64,000 nucleotides of DNA from Octopus vulgaris. Its lineage: Eukaryota. Positions 26,332 to 39,479 of the stretch are shown piece after piece; within the stretch, counting starts at the first letter, position 1, and the number at the start of each line of letters is the position of its first letter. Under the pieces are notes generated by a model. It saw nothing but the letters and a program-made list of their open reading frames with translations. It was not told the origin of the DNA and ran no database searches. The position numbers and the translations under genes were made by a program. Where the stretch lies: positions 27,032,001-27,096,000 of the forward strand of contig OX597818.1 of NCBI GenBank assembly GCA_951406725.2. The letters are read 5' to 3'.

Positions 26332-27590
26332 AACCTACCTTTTGTCAATTTAATATAGCATGACATGATCCATTCAGATATACTACTTAGAAGCTCTGCA
26401 ATGGAGGACACTAATGTATTCTTCAGAGCAAACCCAACACCACATTCTCTATGCTGACGCTTAGGTAGGTCTCTCCAAAAGATAGTATACCCATAAATAG
26501 GTTCATTTACTGGACCCTCACCAGAGAGACAAGTTTCAGAGAGAGCAACTATATCAAGAGAATATTCTTTAAGCTCACATGCAATAAGTGCAGTACGCCT
26601 TTCTGGCCTCTTGTTAAAATTATTATCAAGAAATGTGCGCACATTCCAACAGCCAAAATCCAAAGGATGTTTATTTTTACTTTTTCTTGAAGATTCTTTG
26701 ACCACAGTGGCAGGATAACGACTGGGTCCAGCCTGTGATACACTGGGACACCTACTGAGCCAGACCTGTTCCTGTGACATTCCCAAGCCTTTTTTTGCCA
26801 TTTACTGAATCTGTTTGAGACATTTTAGAGTAAGTTACAAGTGTATTTTTAGGTTTCTGTCAACCAACCAATTCAATGAGTTTACTTAGATTTAGAGTAC
26901 AGGAAATACCTGTGCACATGAATAATTTTCAGTGAGTGTAGCTTGCACTGCACTATCCCCACTTATTGGCCCAAGAAGACTTTCGCTGGTATGAATTGAA
27001 AATTCACAAAACCAGTAACTTCCAAGGCCTTGGGTTTTATTTCAGAGTTTTCCTTCTCCTAGGTAGATTACCAGCCAAGGTTAAAGAGCTTCTACCTGCA
27101 CTCAAACACTATAAAGTGATCAAATATCACTCCGGTGACAGACACAGAGTAGCTCATTCATAAAAAAAAAAAAAAGAAAGGTACAATATCTGATTTGCAA
27201 ATGAAAATAAGAATTATATACAAATATAAAAAGGTAAAAGATATGCAATAAATATAAATATGTATATAAAAGTAAAAATATACATATATTTACATATAAA
27301 AAAAAAAGTTATGGTATGTAAATAAAAATTACATATAAATAATATTGTATAAAGAAAAGTAAAAGATATAAAATAATATATATATATATAAGTAAAAATA
27401 TACATATAAGAAAAAAAAGATATTCACATATTTACAGACATTTTGTTGGATGACCGTTGACTGTTCAGGAGTTCATCTGCCCTTTGCTACTGGTAACATG
27501 TAATCCAGTACAACCTGTGCATGGTCGGGTCATCGGCAACTAGACTGGCAACCCCACCAGGCTTGCTTGGTGAGGAGGGTTTTATTAATA
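26332..27590 (-). mobile_element. RTE-clade LINE 5' part (5' UTR and AP endonuclease) abutting the Helitron helicase
   Basis: GCWNVRTFLD...RPERRTALIA.EL..Y.LDIVALSET and GYTIFW...GVGF. RTE-like 5' UTR motif ggagaaggaaaactctg near 27050, and a GC-richer terminal block at 27430-27590. Confidence 0.85.
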
Positions 27591-27919
27591 TTATTCATTA
27601 TTATTACTTGTATATGCCCATATATATGTGTGTGTGTATACAGATATATGATCTAGATAGGCTTTGCAGCCGTTGATTCAAAGGCTTTCCAGATTATTGA
27701 TTTTTCCGAACCAGGAGTGGTCACCTTGGTCAACACACTCTAAATTAAATATTAAATAATTAAATGAAATACAGTTACCTGTACATTAGTATGAAAGATA
27801 CAAGTTTAACGAAGGTACCAGTTAACAAGTCACAGGAGTTTGAAGTTCTTTCTTGTAAATTAATGCAGATTATGAGAGGTTCCATATCATCAATGTTCAT
27901 AAAGTCAGTGTTGTGCCTC

Positions 27920-27921
27920 TA

Positions 27922-28010
<89 letters not shown>

Positions 28011-28050
28011 GCCTGCCTGCCTGTCTGCATGCCTGTCTGTCTGTGTGTCT
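27920..28050. repeat. (TATC)n-(TGTC)n-(TGCC)n compound microsatellite
   Basis: Direct inspection. Confidence 0.95.
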
Positions 28051-28311
28051 GTATATATATATGTGCACACATATGTGCATGCACTCACACACACAGATAT
28101 TATGGTCAATTATCCTTAGCATGAATAATGACAAAACTATACATTAGTTTCAAGTTAATGATTTGATGGTTAGTTAGACTTCCATTGACTTTGAACATAT
28201 CACTTACAAGTATCAAACCAAATCAATCAACACTGAACCAAACGAACTTTACTAACATTTATATCTCTGATTCTCTCTTTCTTCCTCTTTATATATACAT
28301 ATATATATATA

Positions 28312-28349
<38 letters not shown>

Positions 28350-28875
28350 CAGAGATAAAAAGGGTGAAAGAAAGAGAGATTTCTATTAGCCTCTCAATCT
28401 ACAAACAAACATGGACAAGCACGAAAGTAGGAGAGGAATCTTAGCATGGAGAAAGAGATGTTTATTTTGCATTAGAGACAAAGAGAGAGAGAGTGACAAT
28501 CACTTGCAGCAAGCCATTCCAGTTTTGTAGCAACAGCATGGCAGGAGCCAAATAGCAGGCAATATAACGGTTGAACAAGCTCTAATAAGGCTAGAGGAAA
28601 TAACTAATATATGTGGGATGAATTGAACAAAGAGGAACAACAGGGAGCCTTAGTGGACTCTAATCAGGAAGATAGATACAAGTTTATCTAGCATTGAGAT
28701 GGGGAAATTCCCTCACATTATTTGCTGAAAGAATGGGGACTACACAGTATTTGTAAATCATATATTGTGTAGCGTATCTACATTATTTTGAACATTTTCC
28801 CCTAATGTCATTAAGGAGAACGTCATAATTAAATTCTGTAGGAAGACTATGTTGGATGAGAATTATAATGAATTA

Positions 28876-30431
28876 CCATAAAAGCCCATGTAATTTGTGC
28901 ACCTGTGTAATTTATACAGGTAATTTTCAGAATAAAAATTGTTAAAAAATGCTTCTGCTCGTATAAAATTCGCACCCAAAAGTTTTCAGAATTGCCAATA
29001 TAGCCAGGGGGAAAAGGTTTTCAATTTAGTTGTATTTAACATAATTTCACTTACTTATGATTAGATTTTATTAAATTTTCATTAAATAAAAATAATTTCT
29101 GTTTAACAGGTATCACATTGAAAGCTCTTAAATTACAAAGTGTTTGTGTTGTGTATAATAAACTTTATTTTACATTTCATGCCCACAAGAGATTATTTCC
29201 AATCTTTAGCATACTTCTGTATGTCTTCTCAAATCCCAATCACAAGAAAAGTTGTTGATAATTCTTATCAACAAAAACAAAGCTGATAAATATGCACAAG
29301 TGTTGCAAAATCAGTTTAATTACCAATAAACATCAGTTTGGATGACACTTTACTCAACCAACAGAGGAAGGTGACTGATCAAACTGATTATATAAATTCT
29401 AATTATTCAAAATTCTGATTGGTCGAAAATGTCTTCTAGTCTCAAACTCTGATTTTCTGCCTGTTCCTGTCAGAACCTTTGATACGGAGTATTGAAATTT
29501 TAATGGCTTTCACACTTATAAAATGTCAAGCAAACTTAAAACTTTGTCATTACCATTTTAGCGGGGAGACCAAACTGATAGTTTGGTAACCAGCTAAAAT
29601 AAACATTCACAATTGAAAGGAGAAAATAAACAGCTTTGCAAGTTTAACTCAGTGTTTATTGAACAAGAGAGGTGCAAAATTTAAGAAGCAACTTGTTAGT
29701 ATATAATCATCAATGAGGAAACATAAACAAAAATAGCAAAAATCTACTATACCAAAAGAACTGGTAATACATACATTACAAATGTTTTATGAAGAGAACA
29801 TAAGATTATTGAATAATTCAACATGAATGTGAAATGACATTAAACAATGAAGCTTTCTGTAGGAATGCTAAGTTATATTCACTTAGTGAATATGTACAAG
29901 GATGAATTATGATGTTGTTGTTGGCATTAGATGCAGTAAGAGCTGGTAGCAGCAATGTTGGCAGTGATGAATTTCATTGTCCTAATGCAGAGAAAGCAAG
30001 GCAAATGCATGCTAGACTTCTTAAGTGGAGAAAAACTTATTTATTTAAGGAAATTGCTGGGCTCCATTGTAATAGGTAGAAACTCCAAGCATTGTAAAAT
30101 ATGATCCAGACCGTGATTACCAGCATGAACATCAAACTTCAAAAAGTAGTTAACCATTTAAGGTTTTAGTAAATTTCTACAGAAAAAGTAAACATTATAC
30201 TGTCCAGCATAAATAAAAGTCAAGTTCGTTATTTTTTTTCTGTAAAAACCTATTCTGACATTAAATGAGTCAATTTTGTGTACGAATGTTTACATATGTG
30301 TCATTTTTCAATAAAAAAAAATTTCCTAAAAAATTCTGGAAATAATCTACTCATGTAATTAATTTATGTACTCCTAAAGTTTATTTTTGTTTTTGCAAAA
30401 AAAAGTGCGTAAATTACATGGGTTTTTACAG
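28876..30431. mobile_element. Non-autonomous pogo/Tc2-type DNA element
   Basis: TA|ccataaaagcccatgtaatttgtgcac pairs with gtgcgtaaattacatgggtttttacag|TA as degenerate TIRs; subterminal gtaattt repeats. Confidence 0.7.
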
Positions 30432-30629
30432 TAAATCTAGTTTGCATTTGAATCTGTTTGTAGAACCATCAATTTTTCAGCAGTGATTAGAATAATACTG
30501 ACAACAAATTTTGAATTAAATCAAACCTAATGACACATCCTCTCATGTCCACTTAACTCATTTGTTTCTCATCACCAATTTTCACTATATCTCTTTTGTA
30601 TTCATTGGGTAGTATAAGAATTTTGTACC

Positions 30630-30897
30630 TATGAAATGGTATCAAAAGATTGTTGGACTGGTTATGTTTAATAAAAAATAACATATTTTTCTTAGTTTTA
30701 ACATCATCTCCTTTGAAATAGTCACCTTGCGTACTTCACCAGATTTAGCACTGCATACTTCCATCTCTTCCCCAAAATGAAAATGCAGATCAAAGGTCAC
30801 TGTTATGACACCATCATTGAGATTCAGAGCAAACCGCAGAAGGTCCTTGACTCACTTACAGAAAACGACTTTGAGGCCGGATTCAAAAAGTGGCAGT
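30630..30897 (+). mobile_element. Mariner 3' fragment preceded by an inverted copy of a mariner 3' end
   Basis: SPDLA...FHLFPKMKMQIKG...ENDFEAGFKKWQ on +; QGDYFKGD on minus at 30706-30729. Confidence 0.7.
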
Positions 30898-31739
30898 CCC
30901 GGCATTCCTGTCACTTTTAGAACCCTGCCTCAAAGTACATCAGCTGAAACATATTAGCAACAAACAAGATGAGGACACCTATCCATCCATTCTAAATAGT
31001 GATATAAAGATCAGCAATATGAGTTGTTTTGGATTGCAAGGCAGTGTATTAAAAACAATCAGCAAAGTGTATACAAAATGACAGTGGCACACTTTCCCTC
31101 ATTGATGCTGAAAAGTAAACAGTATAAGAATATTATTTTGAGAAGTTTTTGAATGAGGTTAACCCATCAGAGAGAGTCCCAATAAAAGGACCATCTGTTG
31201 AAGTTGACAGCTGTATGGCCAATTGCAATTAAGAATATGAAGACTAGAAAAAATAGACCATTAAAGAGAGTCACTAAAATGCTTAAAATATCTGATAAAG
31301 TAGGTCACTCACTAGTCACTTATATAGTAAATCAGATAGTATAAGAAGGGGTCGTACTTAATGGATTGTGTTTGTTGTATCATCTTCTACAAAAGTAAAG
31401 CAGTCACTCTAGTGAGAAGCAACTACAGAAACATCAAACTGATAGACTAGGTTTTGAAAGTTATTGAAAAGTTATAGCACAACTGATTTGGAAGAGTATT
31501 AGATTAGATATGATGCATTTCAGATTAATGCTTGCCTAGGATACACCAGGGCCATCGCATAACTTTTAGAGGCCCCCTGTAACTTCTTGTTTTGAGGCCC
31601 CATCTTTTCGATCGAAATTCTTAATCTATGCACCTTTATTATCTGTAAAAATCAAACATAGTCCCTTACAGCTTGTATTTTAGAATCTGCTGTGATGATT
31701 CTAAAATACAACACATAAAACAACTAACAGTATATCTTT

Positions 31740-31938
31740 TTTCTTATTTCTTTATTGCCCACAAGGGGCTAAACATAGAGGGGACAAACAAGGAAAGACA
31801 AAGGGATTAAATTGATTATATCGACCCCAGTGCATAACTGGTACTTAATTTATTGACCCCGAAAGGATGAAAGGCAAAGTCGACCTCGGCGGAATTTGAA
31901 CTCAGAACGTAAAGGCAGACGAAATGCCACTAAGCATT
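31740..31938 (-). mobile_element. SINE family B, 5'-truncated, inside the hAT element
   Basis: gaccccgaaaggatgaaaggcaaagtcgacctcggcggaatttgaactc. Confidence 0.85.
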
Positions 31939-32105
31939 ATTTTGGGGGAATAGAGTATCAACAAAGTGGGGTTCCTCAAGTTCATATGAAAATTTGGGTG
32001 AATCAAATACCTATTTATGACAAAGATTTTCCAGAAAATATTTGAAAGTCTATAGAACAATATATTACTTGCTGATTGCCATGTTCAATCTCTTGCCTCA
32101 TTCTT
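31935..32105 (+). mobile_element. Helitron Rep (HUH motif) fragment, copy 1
   Basis: HYFGGIEYQQSGVPQVHMKIWVNQIP; near-identical to 33579-33749. Confidence 0.75.
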
Positions 32106-33429
32106 CTGAACACAGTGGTCAAAGGCCACTGTTCTGGGTAATGACAAATATATATACATGGTGAGAGAGAGAGAGAAATGAAGAGAGAAAGAGGGAGAGA
32201 CAGAGAGACTAAAGGACGTGTGTGTGTGTGTGTTTGGTACACATCTATCACCTCTCTTTCTCTCTGTCTCTCTCTTTCTCTCTCACTTTCTCTCTGCCTG
32301 TCTCTCTTTCTCTCTGTCTGTCTGTCTGTCTCTCAGCTGGCCAAAGCCTTGTGAATGGACTTGATAGACTGAAACAGATAAAAGCCAGACATATATATGT
32401 GTGTGTATGTATGTATGAATGTGTGTACGTATGCCTGTGTGTGTATGTTTGTATGTATGTATAAATATACAACCCCCACCTTTCATCACCATTGCTTCTT
32501 TTTCTTGTCTTTTCTCTTGAAGTTGTTCTTATTTTAATTATTTTGGATTTCTTTTGTCTCCCTAGAGAATTCATTGAAAAGCTTTTTTCGTTTACTATTT
32601 TTGTTTACTTTTAATTGAAATTTTCAGTTAACATCTTAACCAAAGTAAATAGATGGCTCATCTACATAGTTTGATCTTAACATGGGGCCCCTCAACTGTG
32701 GAGGCCCCCTGCAACCCCTGCGATTGCAGGGGCTTAGGGATGGCCTTGAGATACATTAATACCCTTTTGTTAGGGAGACAAATAGAAAATAAGTACTTAG
32801 CTAGGAGTCAGCCACTGTACTTAACTTTTTGTCAACCTGTAGTTGTCTGACAATGTTCCATACTTAGTAGTCTGGTCACTAAAAAATCCTGGGATTAACA
32901 AATGGTTTGTGGGAGATGTGCAAGTCATATACAAACATACTGTCAGCAAGATGAGTGTTAAGGGGTTCATGAAGGGATTTTGCATGCAGGCCAGTGTACA
33001 TCTGTACTCAGTTCTCAGCCCCTTTCTATTTTATTACAGCCCTCCAAGTCAAAACAGAGGAGTTTAAGACCAATTGATTTTGTTTGTCCAGTATTCTTAT
33101 GACCTAGTTTTCATAGCTAAATTCATCAAAGATTTAGAGAAGAAAGTCTAAACTTGGAAGAAAAAACAAGAATAGAAAGGCTTCAAAGTAAACCCAGCAA
33201 AGGTTCAAGTTTTAGTTAGCAGAGGTCACTTAGCTCAATGGTACAGAGTGCTCAACCAGAGTTTGGGAGGTACAGGGTTTGACTCTCTGTAACAACATGC
33301 TGACCACTCTTTTCTGTCTTCTAAAGGTATTTACCCAGTCTTTGAAGCTGTTTTCGCAGCTATTCAGCATTCAAGATTTCCTTATTTTCTGTAAAATACT
33401 AACTTACTCAACACTTCAATGTTTGTTTA

Positions 33430-33750
33430 TGAAAAATATATATATTCAGACTGCTAAAACAAGCACTTTATGTGTAAATGGCGTTGTTATTCTTAGCAAA
33501 CATCTTTATTACTGATAACAAGCTGTATTAAATAAAATGGTAAAGGCAAAAAACAATCCGATTCTTGGCAACATCACACATTATTTTTTGGGAATAGAGT
33601 ATCAATAAAGTGGGGTTCATCAACTTCATATGAAAATTTGGGTGAATCAAATACCTATTTATGACAAAGATTTTCCAGAAAATATTGTAAAATCTATAGA
33701 ACAATATATTACTTGCAGATTGCCATGTTCAGTCTCTTGCCTCACTCTTA
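33430..33750 (+). mobile_element. Helitron/Helentron Rep (HUH motif) fragment, copy 2
   Basis: NPILGNITHYFLGIEYQ*SGVHQLHMKIW...IEQYITCRLP matches the Helitron Rep pattern PLG.V..YF.R.E(F/Y)Q.RG.PH.H..LW. Confidence 0.8.
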
Positions 33751-33809
33751 ACAATTTGGTCAGTCATTTTCAAATGCATCCATGCAGCAAAATTTGCTGA
33801 AGAATTTAT

Positions 33810-34025
33810 AAGGTGGTGAGTTGGCAGAAACGTTAGCATGCTAGGTGAAATACTTAGCAGTATTTCATCTGTCTTTACATTCTGAGCTCAAATTCCACTG
33901 AGGTCGACTTTGCCTTTCATCCTTTTGTGGGAGTTGATAAATTAAGTACCAGTTGCATACTGGGGTCGATCTAATCGACTGGCTCCCTCCACCAAAATTT
34001 TGGGCCTTGTGCTTAGAGTAGAAAA
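33810..34025 (+). mobile_element. SINE family B, full length
   Basis: tRNA-like head aggtggtgagttggcagaaacgttagc...gagctcaaattcc, conserved core and A-rich tail. Confidence 0.85.
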
Positions 34026-34369
34026 AAAGAAAAACAAAATTTGCTGGAGAATTTATGGAAAAGGAAAAAATATGGTCAAAAAATGTTGATTTGGCTTTTC
34101 TAAGGCTGAAGCAAGATTAAATGTCTTTACTGTTGCTGAAAATGTCAAATTAAGAAGGAATTGAAAAGCTGTTAAAAGCTTTATCAACTTGAAGAAAATC
34201 ATCCAAAAAATCTACCAATGATAGATTGTTTTACAGCTTTTAATATGGCAGGCAAATATTGACTGTCTGTATATTGGAGAAAGCCTTATGATACTGACCA
34301 GATGTGAGCCTAACTACCAAACAAAAGCTGAGAAAAATGAAGCTGAAGGTATTTGGGAAACTTTGGATC

Positions 34370-35512
34370 AAAATAAATTTCTGAAATTGTTCATCAAATA
34401 GTGTGTGAATTTTTTGCTTCTTGTATTTTTTAAAATTAAGTTAATATTTTTGATTTAAAAATTTCTTTGTATTATGCTAAAACATTTCTGTCTTATTTTT
34501 AGTATTACTAGAATGAAAAATATAAAGGTAAATATAATTAATTATAATAATAAAAGTTTTGTCAGCTAAAAAAAGTACACTTGAATGAAAAATGAGTGCT
34601 AAAATATTCTGAAGTATTGAACTTGAAAAAATACAGGACAAGCAGTAATTAAGCAGTTACACCTGGAAATGTACAGGTCAAGAAAAAAAAAAACTTAAAA
34701 TATTATTGCTGAAGTTAGAATTTAAAAACTAAAATAGTAATAAATACCCTTTTATATATCTTTTATTTTTGTATAAAAGTTTAAATTAAAAATACTCAAA
34801 AAGCTATTTATGTTCAATTTTAGGTGAAAAGAATAATTGCCTGCAAGTTTACTCATTGAAAACTGAATATTACAAATTTATATTTAAAAAAAAATTACAT
34901 GATAGCAATTTAAGCAAAATTGACAATGTATTATAACCCATATGCTTTTATAAAAAAAGTTAGAGAGTCATTTCTACATTTTGCTCTCAATTTGTTCATT
35001 AACTTTCATTTTTAAAATATTCTTCTTGCTGTAAATAGAAAATACTTTGTTATCTGATAATGCAAACATTAAAGAAATTAATTCCTTTGTTTTTTTAAAA
35101 ATATTTTTTACTGTTTTTACCTCTAATTTTTGAATTTCATATATTCTATATGAGTTAAATTTTAATAAAATATCTGTGGTTTAAAAATTTGGATAATGAG
35201 TTTTATTAAGAAAATAAAATTTTAAAAATAATATAAAACTAAAAATAAGGAATGTATTCGCTTTATAAAAAATTTTAAATCAAGAATATTCATTTAAATT
35301 TAAAATATTTGCAAAAAAAACTAAAAAATTATGTAAAACAAAAAAACATGCATACACTATTTGATGAACAATTTCAGTAATTTATTTAGCAAATTTTAAC
35401 TTTGGCAACAATATATAAAGTTTTTTCTTCTTATTCTGTACTTTTCCAGGTTCAGTACTTAGGAATATTCTAGCACTCTGCACCTGCATTTTTCATTCTA
35501 GTATATTTATGT
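34370..35512. repeat. Very AT-rich degenerate inverted/permuted repeat
   Basis: ctgaaattgttcatcaaatagtgt (34381) is inverted at 35354-35377; 34506-34720 blocks are inverted at 35390-35512. Confidence 0.7.
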
Positions 35513-36170
35513 ATGTATATATGTAAGTTCTTGTAAGTTTTTTATACATAGAAGGAAGAGTCCTGAGGATAAAATCAAAACCTGTGACATGTTGAACTTG
35601 AGAGAATGAAAAAGAGAAAGAGCTCCATCAACATATACCATGAGAATGCAATTGGACAGGAAGTTACTGATCCAAGGGATCAGAAATGGAGAGAGTGGAG
35701 TGCGCAGTCAGGAACTTTCAATTGGAGATTCATGTTAGATATGGTTGAAAGATAAGCTGATGTCAAGGGTGATGACATTACTTTCACCAAATTTTTTCAA
35801 GGTAATAATCCACTGGTAAGTGACATAGGAAAAGATTATTGTTGCGTTATTTCTCATAGATTTAGAATTTTAATGATGTCAGATAGGCTATAAATCTCAT
35901 AAGAGAGCTTTACAATAATTCAACTTTTGAAGTTGTTTTTCTCAGACTAAGTGGCATAATCTATTTGATATATAGGTAGAAAGACAATGTAAGAGTTATA
36001 CATATAAATTTTATTTTAATTAGTATTCAATTTGATTTCCAAAGGTGTTCTTATCTATAAAACGTTGCACATGTCAATGCAGTTTTGTAGTTAACAGTAG
36101 CCATGTTAATGTCTGAAGGCAACGATTTGTACTCCAGTTAGTCTGAAATATATATTTGTGTGTGTGTGTA

Positions 36171-36334
36171 TCGTATTTTAACTTGTATAAGGAGCCTAGG
36201 TTAAAAAAATATGGGAGTTTCTTATACATGGATAGTATTATAATCCTTTGCAAAACCTTTTTTCCAAATTTTAAGCCCCCAAAATTAGGGGGGCCCCTTA
36301 TACACGAGGGTTCTTTATACATGTTAAAATACAG
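36171..36334. mobile_element. Small pogo/Tc2-type MITE
   Basis: TA|tcgtattttaacttgtataag ... tttatacatgttaaaatacag|TA. Confidence 0.75.
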
Positions 36335-37902
36335 TATATGCATAATACTTTTCTGTCTGTCTATCTATATATATATAAGTGCCAACACATGAAACTCTTG
36401 GACCTTGAGTCACTCTGTTACTTCTGCTTAATATTAATAAAAATATACATATACTAATTTTTTGAGTTCTGCTTTCCCTGTTTGCACCAACATACCTATA
36501 CCTATATATATATATATATATACAGATAAAGGGTGAAATATAATTAATTTAATAAAATCAACAAATTTCATCAAGTAGTATTTCGGTATGTGGTCTTGCA
36601 ACTTGTTGCAAAGACCCTCATTGTTATAATTATATAAACTTTTACCGAATATATATATATACACTTTTTTAGTCAAAAATGGGAAGAACAGTATATATGG
36701 GAAGAACAGTATATATGGGAAGGAAAATATATATAAAACCCATACATATCTTGCATCTATTTTCTTTCCTCCACCTCACTCTATATTTTGTATCACATCT
36801 AAACTAACTATGACTTAACTATCCTCTCACACCGTCTTCGATGATAGATAGATAGATAGATAGATAGATGGATAGATAGATAGATGCACATAAACATGCA
36901 TATACATTTGTTTATATGCATGTTTATGTATGCAGGGTGCATGGGCAATCAATCTATCCGTCCGACCATCCATCCATCCCTTCATCCACACATGAAACAT
37001 ACATATACACATACATAGATAAACATTTATACAAGCAGACTCCATCTTCCAAATCTTGTTATTATGTGAAACTTATTTCCCTTGATTATATGTATTTTCT
37101 ATAAATTGAGATGCATTCCAATGAATTGTTTTATTTAAAATGCCTCTAAGCAATGCAGGCACTTTATGCATGAAAATATCAATTTTTAAACACCCAGTAC
37201 AGTATCTGTATTTGTAAATACATCATGCCTGTAAGCATCCACATAAACGTGTATAACTTGGTAATGTGTAACATGCTTTCACTAATTACTTTAGGTGTCT
37301 GTACAGTCATGAACAGATGCTCTTGTCCTTCCCATTTTTGACTCAGCAGAACATCCAAGATGTGACTTCTAAGGGGAAAAGGGTTGCATCAATACTGAGC
37401 TGGTGCTCAGTAACTTGAAATAAAGTACTTCACTCAATCACACAAGGTGCCATCTATCAGAAAATTGAACCCACACACTTATGATTGTGAGCTCAAACCA
37501 AAGTCACTAGGTTATGTACCTTCACCCATAGCTGTTACATTTTTGTAGTCCTGTGCACATGTGGGTCAGATGTAGATTGATTCTTCTGCTACTATTACTA
37601 TTCTATCTACCTGAGTAGGATAAACTAGTTTGCAAGCAGATTATATTTCTCAAAATGTATTTGTTATCATGTACATTTAATATTAACTTGTGTTTATCAG
37701 CTTGTCAAAACATGTTATAAAAAGCTTGTAATTGTTGCTAAATAAAGCATTGTTTTAATTCATTGAAGTAGAGGGTGCAGCTTCAGTTATGGTTCAAATA
37801 TGGACCAAGTACTCGACATATATGTACAATTATTCTTGAGAATCCTGATATATTAGGATAGCAATGTTGAATCATTTTTATATACATGTTGACGTCAATA
37901 TA

Positions 37903-38130
37903 TTTACCTTTTCGTTACTGTATTTATCTTGAGATGCTCTGTGTTTCTTTCAATTACTTTAAATATAACAAAGAATTTAGTAAAATAAGTTAGTTATCAT
38001 TCAGCTAGTGTTAGGAACATAAATTGTGACTAAGGTTTGGTGGAAGATTTTAATTCAAAACTTATGAAAACAAGACATTTGTACTGAGAGCCAGAGCCAG
38101 TTTCAGCCGGGTTGGTAACAAAAGGGTTAA
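37903..38130. mobile_element. piggyBac-type MITE
   Basis: tttaccttttcgttac ... gtaacaaaagggTTAA; degenerate TTAA-CCC ends. Confidence 0.6.
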
Positions 38131-39436
38131 TTTCTACACACAATAATCAGAAGAGTTGTTCCTTTATGAAGCATTTCAAGTTTAAGAGGACAAGTCAATT
38201 TGTAGCCTTTAGGCCCATGGTCTGGGAATATTTCTGTAGGTAATGCTTCTCATTTAGCACTGAAAAGTTTTTACTTTTAGATAACATTCCTCTAGTCATT
38301 TATGCATGTTCTATAAAGGGAGCCTCAATGTGGTTGCTTGATCTACCAGAAATAGCAGTCAAATCTCCCTCTTCACATTGTCTTTAAAATGGATATGGTG
38401 GACAAAGGAGTGTAGATTACACTATATCTGAATTAACAATGAGATGGTCATGGCTGTAATACCTTTGATTACATGCTAAGTTAATAAAGGCTGACTTAGA
38501 TCTAAACACCCACAAATTCTTCAATAAGAACAGGCTGAATGCTACTATTAGTTTATGTCCAATATAAAGTAATAAAACAAATAATTTGAACAAATTCTAT
38601 TATATTCTTTTATCTGTCTTAAAGCAATTTTTTTTAGAAAAGGATTATTAATGCAGAAGTATAATTAGAAGTGTTTATTGTAGTTTACAACTAGGAAATA
38701 ATTTTTTTTATGAAAGCGATTGGAGTGATTAATGCTCTTTTTTTTATATAATTAAACCAGATCAAATCAGGAAAAATATTAAATTTCACCCACATCCTTC
38801 ATTACTAAATGCTGCAAGTTGGTAATTTGTAATTTCAAATAAAGCTTTATTTCGTTCAGTGTCCAAACATTGTGGTGTAGAGTGGATGTTATACCAAACA
38901 GCTGTTGTTTATGTATGACAGATTCCATTTGGCTATCAGCTGAATACTACACCCATCCCCATGAAAATTGCCCTGGGGCCTTCCTTTTGCAGGATTCCTA
39001 TGAAAAAAAAATGTAATGTGATGTATAAAATCGAAAGAACTATCAATAGGACTTTCCTCATCAACATTTTCAAATATCTCTTTAGAATGAAGAAAGGATG
39101 GAGAGAAGAGTGTTATCCTCCAATAAATTTGCTGAAAGATGAATGAGAAAGGTGAATATGACCTAGATAAACAGCTTACTCAGAGACTACAACACTAGAC
39201 TAAGGAAAATTGGGATCTGTGGGGTTTTTGGAGTTGACCTTAAGTGGCTAACCCCTTCTAAGACATATTTGACTGTGGCCATGCCTAGTACTTATTCTAT
39301 CAGTCTCTTTTGCTGAACTGCTAAGTCACAAGGATGCAAACACACCAACATCAGTTGTCAGGTGATGATGGGGGGACAAACACAGACACACAAACATATA
39401 CATGTACATATTTATACATGTATGCATGTATGTGTG

Positions 39437-39476
<40 letters not shown>

Positions 39477-39479
39477 AAT

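Larger units (their letters stand above)
31547..32748. mobile_element. hAT-type non-autonomous element with nested cargo
   Basis: TIRs CAGGGCCATC / GATGGCCTTG, subterminal ggcccc repeats, and 8-bp TSD-like flanks GGATACAC / AGATACAT. Confidence 0.8.
30950..33230 (+). mobile_element. Old RTE LINE RT fragment interrupted by a hAT MITE
   Basis: Degenerate KVIE..IAQLI..LD.M.F before 31546 continues after 32756 as RQIENKYLARSQPLYLTF...WFV..VQVIY. Confidence 0.7.

Noticed and set aside
27513-27543. Hairpin plus CTAG resembling a Helitron 3' end
   Set aside because: It is followed by A rather than T and lies inside a block that reads better as the minus-strand RTE 5' terminus. Not fully excluded.
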